Shown here one piece after another: positions 62,480-64,000 of a DNA stretch of 64,000 bases. Numbering within the stretch: the first letter of the stretch is position 1; every line of letters begins with the position of its first letter. Position numbers and translations under genes: made by a program. The notes under the pieces are model-generated. The model searched no databases and had not been told where the DNA came from. It saw only the letters and a program-made list of their open reading frames with translations. Location of the stretch: contig RSEE01000009.1 in the NCBI GenBank assembly GCA_003971905.1, forward strand, positions 806,001 to 870,000, read 5' to 3'. The DNA is from Moniliella sp. 'wahieum'. Taxonomy: Eukaryota.

Positions 62480-64000
62480 ATGCCCCCGCCCCCCGCCCCC
62501 GCCCCCTCGCCCCCTCCCCTCGCCCACCCCCAGGCGCCGCAGCCTCCTCGCCAACATCGTCCCCTCCGCCCACCGCCCCCACCCCGCCCCCTCGCCCGCG
62601 CCCGACGCCACCTCCTCCACGCCCTCGGCCCCCCACAGCCCCCACTCCCTCAACCCCTTCAGGTCCGCCCCAAGCTGCCCCTCGACCCCGCTCCCCTCGC
62701 CCCGCTGCCCCTGCCTCCACCGCCTCTGCCTCCACCGACGCGCTCCCCCCGATGAGTACCCCGCCGAGGCGCACACCCCCCACCGTCGGCGCTACACCGA
62801 CACGCGCCAGATCGACCAGCTGGCCAGCGAGCTGGCCGCCGAGCAGTCCTGGGAGGCCCAGAACCTCCAGCGCCGCATGCTTTCCCCCGGCGCCTACGCC
62901 TCGCCCCCGGGTGCCTCCCCGCCGCAAGCCAGAGCAGCCTGCATCTCGCCATCCCTTCGCCCTCCTCCCTGCCTCGCCCGGGCTCCTCCCGTCTGTCCCC
63001 GCTAGCACCCTACCACGCGTCTCCCCAGGCCGTCTTTACGCGCCCCCTCGGCTCTCCCGAAACACGCAGCTTGGACGCCCTCTCCTACCGAAGTGGCAGC
63101 TCTATCCCCCGCACCACCCGCTCTTCCCCTGCCCGCACGGGGTACGGAATGAGCCCCGACTTGATGGCCGGCCTCAGTGATGGGCCCTATCCCTCCCTTG
63201 GGCGGCGCTTGCCCCTCGACCCCATCTTCCCGGACGGCCTCGAGTTTGGTCTGCCAGTGGTACAGGAGAACGAGCCACAGGGCAAGGGCAAGGGCAAAGC
63301 CCGCACCAGCTCGGTCGGCCAATCCTCCCCGCTCCGTCCGAACGAATCGCGTCGCTCCTCGACCGACACGCGACATATTCGGCGGGCAGTGATGAGCATG
63401 TCGCTCCATGACCCCGTTCAAGAAGCGGCAGTGGCTGTGCCGCCCAAAAAATCCGGCTGGTCTTCCCCGTTTGGTGGGTCTCGCTCCGCCTCCCGCGCCG
63501 GCTCGCGGGCCGGCTCGCGTGCAGGAACGCCTTCGGCGAGCCAGGCCAATTTGCGCGACACACTGTCCATGTCGCCTGCTGCGTCGTCAGCCTCCGTTGC
63601 CGGGACCTGGTCTACCACGCTGCCCAATCGGTCCACCACCTCGGTTGCGACGTCTGGCCGACGGCGTGGGTCGTTATTTGGTCTGCGGAGGCATAAGGAT
63701 CAACCCTCGCCACTTCCCTCGCCCGTCCCCTCCAAGCCACCCTCACCTCAAGAGACGACCAAGGCGCCTTCCACAGGTCCGGCCTCGGCACCCCCCAGTG
63801 CCACTTTGTCCGGCTCAGCAGCCAATCGGCCGTCCCGCAAATGTTCTGCGCCAACGCAGCCGCCTACGCAAGCTGCGTCCCATGGTGGAGACTCGGCCAC
63901 CCTCGCCCTGATGATCCCTCCAGCCCGCCACCAACGGAGACCAAGAAGGGCCTCCGTGTGCCCAAGCTCGCCGCTGTGCTCTCTCCGCCCAGCAAGTCAC
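62480..64000 (+). CDS. Pro/Ser-rich hypothetical protein, frameshifted, running off the window end
   Basis: Overlapping C-rich + strand ORFs, including TDTRQIDQLASELAAEQSWE. No recognised domain. Confidence 0.3.

Overview
Eukaryotic, GC-rich, intron-poor fungal DNA, most likely a basidiomycete (inferred from gene content and GT..CTRAC..AG introns). Nearly every conserved gene is broken by 1-2 nt deletions, mostly at homopolymers, which looks like long-read error, so gene coordinates are approximate. Recognisable genes: EF-hand external NADH dehydrogenase, PMT4, tRNA-Ala(AGC), GH30, bleomycin hydrolase, GH79, a bZIP factor, 2-Cys peroxiredoxin, SDH4, ADE12, GLT1 and a PalI/Rim9 protein. The most striking feature is a nested element in GLT1. 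A full-length LAGLIDADG intein (54744-56497) sits immediately before an Fe-S-ligand Cys, and its coding sequence appears to contain a 58-nt spliceosomal intron. Mobile DNA: three solo LTRs with perfect 5-bp TSDs (one holding a nested LTR of another family), a cluster of 5'-truncated CRE/Cnl1-like RLE retrotransposons, and an inverted pair of small double-hairpin elements. Intergenic DNA is full of 7-bp tandem repeats that follow one rule: TNA plus a 4-bp palindrome.
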